Assembly (NCBI RefSeq): GCF_963921235.1
Contig: NC_086108.1
Span: forward strand, 96,598,001-96,662,000
Length of the DNA: 64,000 bases
Source: Mobula hypostoma
Lineage: Eukaryota
Direction: 5' to 3'
The position numbers and the translations under genes are program-made. The notes beneath the pieces are model-generated. The model made no database searches and was not told where the DNA came from. It was given only the letters and a program-made list of their open reading frames with translations. Of this stretch, positions 63,409 through 64,000 are shown one piece after another (position 1 is the stretch's first letter; every line of letters begins with the position of its first letter).

Positions 63409-64000
63409 AAAAGGTTATTTGTCCCCATGTTCTCAGGATCTTACTCTGCACAACTCTTCAGAACAAAAATTATGCACTTTGGAAAAATGTGAGGATGTGT
63501 GATATATAGTTTGCTTTCTACGGAGTTAATTGGACTAAATGATCACAAATTTCCTATTACATTGTGAGCTACTGACCGTGGACTTCAATGGCCAAAGAGA
63601 AGCAATCTGTGAATCTGGTAAACTAGACCCTGGGTTCCACTTAATTAATCATGACAATCAGCCACTATCTATCATACCTTTATAGGCAAGACACCTGGGT
63701 GAAGAATTTTATTTCAGTATATCCTGGGTATAGGAGGATAGTGAGGGGTAAGGAAAGAGACCAGGGCAAACTCTACGGAGAGGGAATCCTGTGGATCCAG
63801 GAGTATTCTTGTTCTCCTTGTCTCCAAAGGGAATTAAAACTTATTTTAACAATAAGATCGCAGTTTTCTCCTTTGCTGCATTTATGTGTAACAGTTTTCA
63901 GCAGCTCAGGCCAAAGACTTTGTTACTGAAGAAAATCCTACTTTCCATAAAGCCACAAAGCAAGCACTGATATCTTTAGTAGGCTCTCAGGGTGTCTAAT

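Noticed and set aside
879..63929. The roughly 170 ORFs of the six-frame track as independent genes
   Set aside because: They are transposon fragments, antisense shadows of them, exon-plus-intron read-throughs of HFM1, or short AT-rich chance ORFs. No element here has an intact full-length ORF.

Overview
Eukaryotic, AT-rich, repeat-dense vertebrate DNA. The repeat complement suggests a cartilaginous fish (ray or shark); this is an inference. The whole window lies inside one large minus-strand gene, HFM1 (MER3 meiotic Ski2-like helicase). Fifteen coding exons between 60124 and 1284 splice into one continuous, phase-consistent frame. It runs from helicase motifs V/VI ([13 protein letters not shown]...[12 protein letters not shown]) through the winged-helix/Sec63 region towards the C-terminus. 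Both gene ends lie outside the window, and one intron needs a GC donor. The introns are filled with decayed, often nested elements: CR1, Rex1/Babar, RTE, Nimb/I-like and R4/Dong-like LINEs, Penelope-like elements (PLEs), Tc1, Tigger/pogo and hAT DNA transposons, a solo LTR, and tRNA-SINEs. Nearly all ORFs in the supplied track are transposon fragments or shadows. Most notable observations: (1) a family of minimal type-I hammerhead ribozymes in PLE pLTRs and in short foldback derivatives, several on the HFM1 sense strand; (2) an in-frame, phase-matched candidate mutually exclusive HFM1 exon; (3) the GC-AG intron; (4) TSD-resolved multi-level nests; (5) templated or captured inserts with recurring breakpoints.
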